Source of the DNA: Mobula hypostoma
Taxonomy: Eukaryota
Assembly: GCF_963921235.1 (NCBI RefSeq)
Contig: NC_086098.1
Coordinates: 6,076,001 to 6,140,000, forward strand
Direction: 5' to 3'
DNA length: 64,000 nt
The position numbers and the translations under genes are program-made. A model generated the notes under the pieces. It worked only from the letters and a program-made list of their open reading frames with translations, had not been told where the DNA came from and searched no databases. Within the stretch, counting starts at the first letter, position 1; the number at the start of each line of letters is the position of its first letter. Of this stretch, positions 21,812 to 34,650 are shown piece by piece.

Positions 21812-23035
21812 TGCCAACCTATTCTCATAAGGCATGCTCTCCAAACCAGGCAACATCCTTGTAAATCTCCTCTGCATTCTCTCTATAGCATCCACATCCT
21901 TCCTGTAGTGAGGTGACCAGAACTGAACATAGTACTCCAAGTGGGGTCTAACTAAGATCTTATATAACTGTAATATTATGGCTCTTGAACACAATCCCAT
22001 GGTCGATGAATGCCAACACACCATACACCTTCTTAACAACACTGTCAACCTGTGCAGCAGCTTTGAGTGCCCTGTGGATACAGACCCCAAGATCTCTTAG
22101 ATCCTGCACACTGCCAAGAGTCTTACCATTAGTATTATACTCTGTCATCGAATTTGACCTTCCAAGATGAACCACTTCATATATATCTGGGTTGAACTCC
22201 ATCTGCCACTTCTCAGCCCAGTTCTGTATCCGATTGATGTCCTGCTGTAACCTCTGAGACCCCTCTAGACTATCCACAACATCCCCAACCTTTGTGTCAT
22301 CAGCAAACTTACTAACTCACCCTTCTACATCCAGGTCATTTATAAACATCACAAAGAGGAGGGATCCCAGAACAGATCCCTGTGAAACACCACTGGTCAC
22401 TGACCTCCATGCAGTACACAAACCATTTACAACCACCCTTTGCCTTCTATGGGCAAGCCAATTCTGGATCCACAAAGCAAAATCTCCTTGAATCCCGTGC
22501 CTCCTTATTTTCTGAATGAGCCTTGCATGGGGAACCTTATCAAATGCCTTACTGAAATCCATATACAGTACATCCACTGCTCTACCTTCATCAATGTGTT
22601 TTGTTACATCCTCAAAGAACTCAATCAGGCTTGTAAGGCATGACCTACCCTTGACAAAGCCATGCTGACTATTCCTAATCAGATCATATCCCTCCAAATG
22701 CTCATAAATCATGTCTCTTAGGATCTTCTCCAACAACTTGCCCACCACTGAAGTCAAATTCACTGGTCTATAATTTCCTGGGTTATCCCTACTTCCTTTC
22801 TTGAACAAGGGAACAGCATTTGTAACCCTCCAATCCTCTGATACTTCTCCCGTCCCTATTGATGAAGCAAAGGTCATTGCCAAAGGCTCAGCAATCTCAT
22901 TCCTCACTTCCCACAGTAGCCTAGGGTATATCTCATCTGGTCCTGGCGAATTATCGAACATAATGCTTTTCAAAAGCTCCAGCACATCCTCTTTCTTAAT
23001 GTCTACATGCTCAAGCATTTCAGTCCACTGTAAGT
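21812..23035 (-). mobile_element. CR1 ORF2 RT fragment
   Basis: SPGPDEIYP, NYRPVNLTS, YMDFSKAFDKVPH, QGSVLG and LVRPHLEY. Confidence 0.9.
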
Positions 23036-24499
23036 CATTAACAAGGTCCTTTTCCCTTCATGCCCTGACCAATCAGGAATCTTTCAACCTCTGCCTTAAT
23101 GATGGCCTCCACAGCTGCCCGTGGCAACAAATTGCACATATTTACCACTCTCTGGCTAAAGAAATTTCTCCTTACCTCTGTTCTAAAAGGAAGCTGTCTA
23201 TTCTGAGGCTTTGTCCTCTGGTCCTAGACTCCTCCATCATTTTAAACATCCTTTCCACATTCAGTCTGACAAGGTTTTTCAACATTTGATGAGTTTCAAT
23301 ACTACATTCAGAATCATTTTCTTTGTTGATCTTTACAGGGAAAAAAAGAAATACAATAAAATATTCGAAAAATTATACATAAAGACTTGACTTCAATGTG
23401 TAAAAGAAGACAAACCGTGTAAAGGAAAATTACTGATTGCATGAGTTGTCGAGTCTTTGGAAGTGAGTCTGCAGATTGTGGAATCAGTTCAGAGTTGAGG
23501 TGAGCAAAGTTATCCACACTGGTTCAGGAGCCTCATGGTCATAGAGTAACAATAGGTCCTAAACCTTCAGTTGTGGGACCTAAGGCCACTGTACCTCCTG
23601 CCCAATGGCAATAGTGAGAAGAGAACCTGGTCTAGAGGTCTTTGATGATGGATGCTACATTCTTGTGGCAGTCCTCCTTGTAAATGTAATCAGTAGTGGG
23701 GAGGGCTTTGCCTGTCATGGACTGGGTCGTTGTGGTGCTAGAGTTGTCTCCCCTTTGCTCTTTCTAAAATAAGGTCACATGACCGTAAGCAGAAGTAGGC
23801 CATTCAGCCTATCAAGTCTACTCTGCCATTCTATCATAGCTGATCCAATTCTTCCAGTCATCCCCACTCCTCTGCCTCCTCCCCAAACCCTATGATGCCC
23901 TGGCTAATCAAGAACCTATCTATCTATGCCTTAAATACACCCAATGACTTGGCCTCCACAGCCACTCGTGGCAACAAATACGGAATATTTTTTGACTCCT
24001 GAAAAACACAATGCTTTATCTATGTTAAATGCCATTACTCATCTTGTGTAGGGGAGGGAATGTCGAGGGGGAGGGGAGGGGAGAGGACACACACAAAAAG
24101 CTGGAGGAACCCAACAGATCAGGCAGAATGCAGAATCTCCTGTGTACCTACTTTGTATAGCCAAGATAACTTGCACAAAGAATCTCAATGGATTTCATTT
24201 CTCTCCTCTAATGTCTTAAAACTTGAATATGTTAGCAAACTTTGTGACTGCGGATTCCTAAGAACATGACCATCAACATACCAACAGACAGAATTGTATC
24301 ATTTAAACGCAACATCTTGGTTGTCAGGTTGAAGTCAATTCCTAGTCCAACTGGATTGAATAACTATGTTTGCCTATTCTAACTGCAAAGTAATTTATGG
24401 TGATTGGTTAAAAAATAACCGATCCTAATCACTACTTAGATTCCAATCATTGGCAATCATCAACAAATAACAAATACGAAACTGAATGATAAAAAGAAG

Positions 24500-25055
24500 T
24501 ATTGAGTACAGGAGGTGGGACGTTATGTACAAGTTGTATAAGACATTGGTGAGGCTTACTTTGGAGTATAGTATGCAGTTCTAGTCACCTACGTACTGGA
24601 AAGATATCAATAAGATTGAAAGAGTACGGAGATAATTTACAAGAATATTCCTGGACTGAGTTACAGGCAGAGGTTGAATAGGTTTGGACTTTGTTCCCTT
24701 GAGTGTAGGAGATTGAGGACAGGTTGGATAGAGGTATACAACATTAGGAGGGGTATAGACAGGATAAATGCAAGCAGGCTTTTTCCACTGATTGGGTGAG
24801 TCCAGAACTAGGTTAAGAATGAAAGGTGAGATGTTTAAGGGGAACCTGAGGAGGACTCAGAGTAGTGCAAGAGTGGAACGAGCTGCCAGCAGAAGTGGTG
24901 GATGTGCGTTTGATTTCAATGTTTAATGTTTAAGAGAGGTTTGTAAAGGCACATGGATGGGGGGGCGGGGGGAGTGTATGAAGGGTTATGGTCCAGGTAC
25001 AAGCCAATGAGCCAAAGGACCTGTTTCTGTGCTTGTGGTGTTCTATGACTCTAAT
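24500..25055 (+). mobile_element. Old CR1 3' fragment
   Basis: Degenerate match to 14455-15190. Confidence 0.7.
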
Positions 25056-25959
25056 TGACCAAATCAATTAATTTCAAAGGATCCAGATATCTATATAAAT
25101 AAAAATAGCCCACATGCTTGAAAGAAATCTCAAAATTCTAACACTGAATCTGAAAATATGGTTAAAGTTCTTACCTCACAACTCAACAATTTATTGAATG
25201 ATTGAAGTGCGGTTTGTTTGTTTTTCTTACCTTAATCAGTCCAAAGTATATTTAACAAGTAAGCAAACTGCAATAATCAGTAGGAATACTATCTGTCACC
25301 AAGGAGATTAACTAACTCGCTTTTTCCAGGGTTATTAATCATGGAGCCGAACAAAAATACACATAAATTGAAATTACTCCAATATACTTAAGATATCTTG
25401 ACAAGACAAAGCATTAAGCAATAGCCAAAGCACCATTAATTCATAAACCCCTAATCATTAGAGTCTCAGTCACAGTTTGAAGTATATCACAGCTATCGGC
25501 TATCAACTGTCTTCTGTTCAACAACATCCAGTCAACTCAACAAGGATAATTTATGGCCAGATTTCTCACATAGTCAAAGGGTTAAGGTCTTTGTATAACA
25601 AATCTGTCCAGGTATGACGATAACCTATTTTGTCTGATTACCATGACTAAATACCATGTAAATCTTTCTTCCAAATGTTGAAGTCACAATTATATGCATT
25701 TTCTTTTTGTGTTGAATACTTCCTTCATTTGTTTTTTTGTCTAACCTATCTGTTTTAATGTAAAGAATCAGTTTTCGGTGTTAATATGTTTTGTAACTTC
25801 AAGGCATTAAACTAATTCAAAAGAAGACACGGAAGTCTGAACTGTGGGCCTAACCAAGTTTACTCTAAGCGAGGCACACATGTACAACATGGTAGCATGA
25901 TGACATATGCAGTCATGGATTATTTTAAATGAACAAGATGACTTAATCAACAATACTTC

Positions 25960-27115
25960 AAGTAGTCTGTACACACCAACGCTTCTTTCACCTCAGATGG
26001 TTGAGGAAGTTTGGTATGAACCCCCAGATCCTAAGAACTTTCTACAGGGGCAAAATTTGGTTGCATCACTGTCTGGTATGGGAACTGTACTTCCCTCAAT
26101 CGCAGTATTCTGCAGAGAGTGTGTGGACAGCCCAGCACATCAGTAGTTGTGAACTTCCCATAATTCAGGACATTTACAAAAACAGGTGTGACAAAAGGGC
26201 CTGAAGGATCATTGGAGACTGGAGTCACCCCAACCACAATCTATTCCAGCTGCTATCATTCTGCTATGGTACCGTAGCAGAAAAGCCAGGCCCAAAAGGC
26301 TCCGGGACAACTTCTTCCACCAGGCCATCAGACTGATTAACTCATGCTACTTTAAGTGTATTTCTGTGTTATATTGACTCTTCTATTTATTATAAATTAT
26401 TATAAATTACTATAATTGAACATTTAGATGGAGACCTAACATAAAGATTTTCACTCCTCACGTATGTAAGGGAAGTGATATTGAGGCTCTATAAGGTACT
26501 CGTGAGACCACACTTGGAGTATTGTGTGCAGTTTTGGGCTCCTTATTTTCGAAAGGATACACTGACATTGGAGAGGGTTCAGAGAAGATTCATGAGAATG
26601 ATTCCAAGAATGAAAGGGTTACCTTATGAGGAACGACTGTCAGCTCTTGGGCTGGATTCCCTGGAGTTCAGGAGAATGAGGGGGGATCTCATAGAAACAT
26701 TCTGAATGTTAAAAGGCCTGAACAGATTAGATATGGAAAAGTTATTTCCCATGGTAGGGGATTCTAGGACAAGAGGGTATGAATTCAGGATTGAAGGACG
26801 TCCTTTTGGAACAGAGATGTGGAGAAATTACTTTAATCAGAAGGTGGGAAATCTGTGGAATTTGTTGCCATGAGTGGCTGTGGAGGCCAAGTCATTGGGT
26901 GTATTTAAGGTAGAGATAGATAGGTTCTTGATTAGCCAGGGCATCAAAGGGTATGGGGAGAAGGCAGGGGAGTGGGGATGACTGGAAGAATTGGATCAGC
27001 CCATGATTGAATGGCGGAGCAGACTTGATGGGCTGAATGGCCTACTTCTGCTCCTATATCTTTTGGTCTTATGGTATGTGATGGATGTAAGAAATAAAGT
27101 CAATTCAATTCAATA
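25960..27115 (+). mobile_element. Rex1/Babar 3' fragment containing a CR1 insertion
   Basis: RKFGMNPQILRTFY and a CAATT repeat tail. Similar to 33750-34310. Confidence 0.75.
26468..27073 (+). mobile_element. CR1 3' fragment
   Basis: [19 protein letters not shown] and TSD GTATGT at 26462-26467/27074-27079. Confidence 0.88.
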
Positions 27116-27236
27116 CAGGAATATTAAATGCATGACAGGTGTAACTAGTTTCTAGGGTTAAGAATTTTAGCTTGACACCTGCCATTATGAATTAATCTGA
27201 ATCATGGCTTATTTTTGCTGACACATGTTGTGAAAT

Positions 27237-27286
27237 TGTGCCTGACGCCGGCCCCCTCGGCCTGAGTCGACGTAGCAGTAGTAGTA
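27237..27286 (+). mobile_element. 50-bp retro-insertion (RTE-like 3' end)
   Basis: (GTA)n tail and perfect 10-bp TSD GTTGTGAAAT at 27227-27236/27287-27296. Confidence 0.7.
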
Positions 27287-27882
27287 GTTGTGAAATATGT
27301 TGTTTTCTGGTTGCAGTACAGTTCAAGACAGAAAAAAATGCAATGAGAAAACATATAAAAAATATGCAAAAAGAAAACGAAGTAGTGAGCTAGTGTTCAT
27401 GGGTGGTGAATTTGTGGAATTTGTTATCACGGGCTGACTCGATGGACCAAATAGAACTACTTCTGCTCCTATGTCTTATGGTCTTACGGGTTCACGGTTC
27501 ATTCAGAAATCAGATGCTTGCGTGAGTAATCGTCTGACTTTCGAGTTCCATGGAAATTGGTCACAGTAGAACTCTGGAAATTCTATATAATGAACAACAT
27601 TTCTTTGCAGTCAGAATGCTGGAAATGCATCTTACAGTGAGGACACGTGTTCTTTAATGAAAACAAAATCTGCAATTCTTCTAAGTAAAACAACCTTGAT
27701 TAATAATAAAACATTAGAACAACAGGTATAATTGAATTTAGAGATTCAGCATGCTAACAGCCCCTTCCGGCCAACGAGCCTGTACCACCCAATTTATGCC
27801 GTGAGACCATTGAACCTACTAACCTGTACATCTTTGGAATGTGAGAGGGAATTGGAACACTCACAGGAAACCCACATAGTCA

Positions 27883-28129
27883 TCACACAGAGAGTGGTGA
27901 ATCTGTGGAATTCTCTGCCACAGGAAACAGTTGAGGCCAGTTCATTGGCTATATTTAAGAGGGAGTTAGATATGGCCCTTGTGGCTAAAGGGATCAGGGG
28001 GTATGGAGGGAAGGCTGGTACAGGGTTCTGAGTTGGATGATCAGCCATGATCATACTGAATGGCGGTGCAGGCTCGAAGGGCCGAACGGCTGACTCCTGC
28101 ACCTATTTTCTATGTTTTTATGTTTCTAT
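27883..28129 (+). mobile_element. Young CR1 3' end nested in a minus-strand V-SINE-like element
   Basis: TQRVVNLWNSLPQETVEA and TSD GTCA. Confidence 0.85.
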
Positions 28130-28192
28130 GTCACAAGGAGAACGTGCGGACTTCTTACAGACGTGGCGGGAATTGAACCCAGTCACTGGCAC

Positions 28193-28806
28193 TGTAATGA
28201 GCTCTTCGGGCCTGTGTGAGGAGCTGGAGAGTGTAAGGCTCTGAGGTTTTTAGAGTACCTGAACTGGTTAACTGTTCTTTAACAAGAGCCATTAATTAAT
28301 CATTCTTACCCTCGGCCATAAGGCTCTATAACGTGTCAACCTATAGCCAGGGAAGTGATGACTCGCTTCCTGTTAAACTGTTCAAGGTGAGTTATTTTTT
28401 ATTTATTCTTCTTGCTTCTCTTCTAATATTATATATCTCTGCACTTATAATGCTACAGTGACACTGAAATTTCCTTTGGGATCAATAAAATATCTATCTA
28501 TTTTAGATTCCTTGTGATTTTCTCGAGCGACTCACTCTTTGTAATGCGATCTCCTGGTGTTTTCTGTTTAAACTTGTTCAGTTTATTTTGATAGACTCAG
28601 AGATTCTATGTTACCTGGATTATTTAAGCGGATGCCTGATTAGCACTAATCCGAGTTTTGAGAATGTTACTTCTCACGGGGTCACTTGGCTGAGTCACTG
28701 ATGTTCTGGTGGAATTCTTATGAATAAACTTTGGTTGCTGTTTCTACATTGGAGCTCGCCTTTCCTCCACACTTGGGTTGTGATATTGCCATTGCACATC
28801 ATGACG
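28193..28806 (+). mobile_element. Probable solo LTR with an internal LINE 3' fragment (about 28306-28500)
   Basis: TGTAATGA...TCATGAC(G) termini, AATAAA at about 28723 and flanks ggcac/ggcgc. It interrupts a SINE. Confidence 0.45.
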
Positions 28807-28904
28807 GGCGCAATGTGCTAACTGCTTTGCTACCGTGCTATCTTGGCTTAACCTATTTACCTTCTATCTAAATAATCTATTTAACCCACCCACCCCCCAC
28901 TCTG

Positions 28905-29930
28905 CTTCTCCACTTTCCACTTTCCACAGGGATTACCCTCTCCATGATTTCCTCATCTATTCATTTCTCCCCACTAATCTCCTTCCCAGCACTCATCCCT
29001 GCAAGTAGCCCAAGTGTTACAGCTGCCCATTCACCTCCTTCCTCATGTCCATTCCCAAACAGTCTTTCCAGGTGAGGCAACACTTCCGCAGATCTGCTGG
29101 AGTCATCTATTGCATCCAGCGCTCCCAATGCGGCTTCCTCTGTATTGACGAGATCTGTCGTAAATTGGGGGACCTTTTCGTCAAGCATCTCCACTCCGTC
29201 TGCCAAAAGTGGAACTTCCCGGTGGCCAAATTTTTTTTTAAATTTTAGATTATGAGAACACTCAGTCCTCTTTTATTGTCATTTAGAAATGCATACATGC
29301 ATTAAGAAATGATACAATGTTTCTCCGGAGTGATATCACAGAAAACAAAACAAACCAAAGACTAACACTGACATAACCGCATAATTATAACACATAGTTA
29401 TAGCAGTGCAAGACAATACCATAATTTGATGAAGAACAAACCATGGGCACGGTAAAAAGATAATATTTTAATTCCAATTCCCAATCCCATTCCAACATTT
29501 CAGTCCATGGCTGGCCTTCTCTTGTGCCAAGAAGAGGCCACCTGCAGGGTAGCCTCCAGCCTGACTTTATCTTCCAGTAAAAAAAATCACTGTCCCTTTC
29601 CTCTTCTTCTATTCTCCACTGTGGCCACTTACGTCTTCTTACCTGCATATCACTTTCTCCTGGATCCCTCCTCCTGCCCTTTCCCCCAAGGTCCACACTC
29701 CTGCCCTATCAGATTCCTACCTCCCTAGCTCTTTAACTTTCTCACCCACCTGGCTTTACCCAACACCTTCTAGATATCCTCCTTCCCCTCCCACCACCTT
29801 TTTATTCTGATGTCTCCCCCTTTCCTTCCCAGTCCTGATGAGGGGTCTCGGCCCAAAATGTCAATTGTTTACTCTTTTCCATAGATGCTGCCTGACCTGC
29901 TAAGTTCCTTCAGCATTTTGTGTGTGTTGA
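28905..29930 (+). mobile_element. PLE 3' part, interrupted by a LINE tail (about 29237-29460)
   Basis: QSFQVRQHF...VIYCIQRSQCGFLCIDE and a degenerate HHR agtcctgatga...cccaaaatgtc at 29831-29862. Confidence 0.8.
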
Positions 29931-30059
29931 AATCTATTTATCTTCCAGTTTTACCCTAAATCAAACATTTTTCATCTACCATAATTAAGGATTTGGAAAT
30001 TCTGTAAAGATTTCTGATTATACTTCACAAAATATTCTTCTGACAAGCCAAGAAGGATT

Positions 30060-30287
30060 TACTTTATACTTTATTGTCGCCAAACGATTGATACTAGAAC
30101 GTACAATCATCAAAACGATATTTGATTCTGCGCTTCCCGCTCCCTGGATTACAAATCCAGAGTAAATATTAAAAATTTAAATTATAAATCATAAATAGAA
30201 AATAGAAAAACGGAAAGTAAGATAGTGCAAAAAAAACCGAGAGGCAGGTCCGGATATTTGGAGGGTACGGCCCAGATCCGGGTCAGG
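30060..30287 (-). mobile_element. Rex1-type LINE 3' UTR
   Basis: Minus-strand aataaagtataaagt tail, organised like 7190-7336. Confidence 0.5.
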
Positions 30288-32039
30288 CATTAATGCTGGG
30301 AGCATAATTCAATGCGCCCAGCAGCCTGGTAATCATGAGGGCTGAAGAGACGGATACTGGATCTGGGGAAGAGGACAAATTGGTGGAGGAATGCAGTGTG
30401 TCAAGCAGCATCGGTGGGGAAGGGAGAAATTGCTGATATTCTGATTTGAACCCTGTACGGGGACTAGGAGAGGTGAGAGAAGATAACTAATGTGGGGGGG
30501 GGGGAACAAAGAAAACATTAAAAAAAAGTTAGTAGTGAAAAAAGAGGGCAAAATACTGAGGTAGTGTTCATGGGTGGTGAACTTGTGGAATTTGTTACCA
30601 CGGGCAGCTGTGGAGGCTGGGTCTTTCGGTATACTTAAGGCAGAGCTTGATAGGTTCTTCATTGGATGTGACATCAAAGGTTACTGGGAGAAGACTGGGG
30701 AGTGGGGCTGAGGAGGAGAATAAAGGATCAGCCATGATTGAATGGTAGAGCAGACTTGATGGACCAAATTTTTCACTTTTCACCCTTATCTTTTGACCTG
30801 TAGTTCTTTAATTCTAGTCTCATCCAAAACCAGTAGAAAATGCCTCATTGCATTAACCCTATCTATACCTCTGTATACCTCTATCAATTTTTTTTAATAT
30901 TTGCAGTTTGTTTTCTTTTGCACATTGATTAGTGTGTAGTTTTTCATTGGTTCTATTGCGCTTCTTTGTCCTGCAGTGAATGCCTACAAGAAAATGAAAC
31001 TCAGGATTGTATATGGAGTTAATAAATTTACTTTAAGCTTTGAAATCCACCATTCACTAAATGATATCACCAAATAAATATCTGTGGGGGCAAAACATTT
31101 CTAGAGATCTATGACCAATAACAGGACTACTTTCTATTCAGTCTATTGATTATCGAGACAGAATACTATGGAAGTCCAAGAACAACCATGAACATGTACA
31201 GTACTTCCAAAACTGCCCCTTGATGTAATGAGACAGGCAGTATCCCCAAGGCTGTTTGAGAAGGCAGCTGACAAGGTTTAGCTCACAACCTTCCCCCACA
31301 TCCAGTTCAGTTTTGTGGATGCTGGTAATTCCAGGCACATAACTTTTCACAGCAGGAATTCCATTCGTATATTAAATAAAGAACACTAAAGTTCAAATAT
31401 GCTTTTTATTTTGATGATTGACAGTAATAACATGAAATATTGAATGTGAAAACATTCCAGTGGTACCAGCCTTGCCAAACTTTATGGAGGAGAAAAAAAT
31501 TGTAAGACCTTTTAACTAAAAAGAACAAGTATTACGTGGCAGCTATTATTTTATATCTTGGCCAATTGTTTGTTTTATAAGGTGAATGAAGGCAATAGTT
31601 CCAACACCAACAAAATGTAAAAGTTTGGAAAGTGAAATATCGGATGTACTGGGTTCAGAAAATGCAACAATAGATTGTGTTATTTATTCATCTGTGCAGT
31701 AATTGGATGAATTGTTTAGTTACATATTGTATCTTTTTTAACTTTACAAAGAAGGTTCTATTAATTAATCAGGCTTCTGTGAAGTTTTTAGTTGCCTACA
31801 CCTGACACTTCAGAGTTCATTAAGCAAGAGCTCTCATTGTTAATTAAAATCTTATTTCACTTCTTTGTGTTTATAATAATAAAGAAAAATGCACACAAAT
31901 GAGATAAAGATATAAAAATATACAAGAAATCATAGACCTTTGGGCTCCTTTACACCTTCTCCAGTATTCAATTTGATCCTCTCTGAATTATTTATACCTC
32001 AGCTCTACTGTGCTGCAGTCGCATCATATCCCTTCAAAG

Positions 32040-34310
32040 TCTCTCCAAAGTTTTGTCAATACATCCGGGTGAGCACAGGGGGAGACAGCATACTTTGACC
32101 ACTCTCCCTTCCGCAACGCTTACAATGTGCTTCTCCGTCCGCTGTTTGAGAAGTCGGATCACTCCTCTATCTTGTTTCTGCCGATGTCCAGGCAGAAGCT
32201 GAAAGAAGAAGCAGCCATTGTTAAAACTGTCCACTGTTGGTCAGACCAATCAGTCCCCATGCTACAGGACTGCTTGGAAGATGTCAACTGGGATGTCTTT
32301 CGTGATGAGGATGTCTCCGAGTTCACAGATGAGGTCATGAGTTTCATCCGGAAGTGCATCGAGGATGTTGACCCCCAAAATTGTTCAGGGACTATGCAAA
32401 CCAGAAACCCTGGATCAACAGTTCCACGTGTGCTGCACTTACCTCTTGAGACAGAGCTTTCATCGCCAGTAACCAACAGGAACTCAAGAAATGCAGCTAC
32501 AATCTACACAAAGTTGTCAAGGAGTGGAACAACAATACAGGGACAATATCCAGACACAACTCTCTACCAACAACATAGGCAGCTTATGGCAAGGTCAGTG
32601 CAAGGACTTCAAAGCTAAGCGCAATGGTGCTGCCAACATCGCTGCCTCTCTCTCAGGTGAGCTAAATCTTTTTTTATGCTCGGTTCAATGTCACCAACAC
32701 TGAGCCCCCAAGGAGAGCCGCTGAAGTGACCTGCACCCTTGGTCATCTCTGAGGCTCAAGTACACAGGTAAGAAAGTGGCAAATGAAATATGATGTTGGA
32801 AAATGCATGATCATGCACTTTGGTAATAGAAATAAATGTGTAGGCTATTTTCTAAACAGGGAGAAAATCCAGGAATCTGAAATACAGAGGGATTTGGGAG
32901 TCCTTGTGCAGAACACCCTGAAGGTTAACTTGCAGGTTGAGTCGGTGGTGAGGAAGGCAAATGCAATGTTAGCATTCATTTCAAGAGGTCTAGAATACAG
33001 GAGCAGGGATGTGATGCTGAGGCTTTATAAGTCACCTCAACTTGAGTATTGTGAACAGTTTTGGGCCCCTCATCTTAGAAAAGAGGTGCTGGCATTGGGG
33101 AGGATCCAGAAGAGGATGAGTCCAGGAATGAAAGGGTTATCATATGAGGAACATTTGACGGCTCTGGGTCTGTACTCACTGGAATTATAAGGATGAAGGG
33201 AGATCCCATTGAAACCTTTCAAATGTTGAAAGAGTAGATGTGGAAATGATGTTTCCCATGGTAGGAAGGTCTAGGACAAGAGGGCACAGCTCTAGGATAG
33301 AGGGGTACCCTTTCAAAACAGGGATACGGAGTAATTTCTTTAGCCAAAGGGTGATGAATTGTTGAATTTGTTGCCACATGCAGCTGTGGAGGCCAGGTGA
33401 TTGGGTGAATTTAAGGCAGAGATTGATAGGTTCTTGATTGGACATGACATCAAAAGTTATGGAGTGCAGGCTGGGAACTGGGGTTGAGGAGGAGATAAAA
33501 CAAAAGGATCAGCCATGATTGAATGGCCGAGTAGACTTGATGGGCCAGATGGCCTAATTCTACTCCTATGTCTTATTGTCTCAGCGTCATAAATACAAAG
33601 GTTCTGGTTGTGAATTACAGGAGGAATGGAGACAGGCTTACCCCTACTTGCATCAACGGATCTGGGGTTGAGATGGTGAACAGCTTTAAGCTCCTCGGCA
33701 TGCACATCACTGAGGATCTCAGGTAGTCTGTACATACCGGCTGTGTGGCCTTTTTCATCTCAGACGGTTGAAGAAGTTTGGCATGAGTCCCCAAATCCTA
33801 AGGACTTTATTCACGGCCACAATTGAGAGCATCCTGACTGGCTGCATCACTGCCTGGTGTGGGAACTGTACTTCCCTCAGTCGCAGGAGTCTGCAGAGAG
33901 TGGTGCGGGCAGCCCAGTGCATCTGTAGTTGTGAACTTCCCACTATTCAGGACATTTACAAAGACAGGTGTGTAAAAAGGGCCCGAATGATCATTGGGGA
34001 CCCGAATCACCCCAACCACAATCTATTCCAGCTGCTACCATCTGGGAACCAGTACCGCAGCTTTAAAGCCAGGACCAACAGGCTCCAGGACAGCTTCTTC
34101 CACCAGGCCACCAGACTGATTAATTCATGCTGACACAACTGTAGTTGCTATATTGACTGTCCTGTTGTGCATACTATTTACTACTACTATTTATTACAAA
34201 TTACTATAAATTGCACATTGCATATTTAGACCGAGACGTAATGTGAAGATTTTTACTCCTCATGCAGGTGAAGGATGTAAGATATGAAGTAAATTCAATT
34301 CAGTTCAACT
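32040..34310 (+). mobile_element. Rex1/Babar LINE, internally deleted, with a CR1 insert
   Basis: KSDHSSILFLP, LQDCLEDVNW and KKFGMSPQILRTLFTATIESILTGCITAWCG. Confidence 0.82.
32770..33580 (+). mobile_element. CR1 3' fragment
   Basis: KWQMKYDVGKC.IMHFG, QRDLGVLV and KANAMLAFI. Confidence 0.88.
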
Positions 34311-34339
34311 CGAGATATGCAAAGCTGTGGCAATAAAAC

Positions 34340-34650
34340 ATGGAGAGCAAGCTGCTGGTCGTGTAGCAGGCTCCTCCTCTGATGACCCAAAGGAACAGCA
34401 GAGACCACTGCAGTTTGGTACCAGCAGCATCACAGGAGTTGGCAGTCAGCATTGATCTCAACGTAGGGCTGCCTTAGGGACACCAACCCTGGATCTTTCC
34501 TTGGGGTTTACTCCCAAAGCCTTCTCCATGAGGGGGTCTGGCTGAGGTTTGAGGTGAGAGTTTTCCTTCTCCCTAGTTGAGCTGCTGAGCTCCCATCTGC
34601 CCAACGCCATTGTTTTTAACGTGCCAGTAAATCCACCTTTGCCCCATGGT
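34340..34650 (-). mobile_element. RTE-related non-autonomous fragment
   Basis: 34360-34440 resembles the internal segment of the SINE at 8400-8490. Confidence 0.4.

Noticed and set aside
25231..25292. Minus-strand exon-like segment encoding IVFLLIIAVCLLVKY
   Set aside because: All frames hit stops before the donor, and hydrophobicity is expected from T-rich sequence.
25778..25955. Possible LTR fragment
   Set aside because: It starts with TGTT, but no matching end, TSD or PBS is visible.
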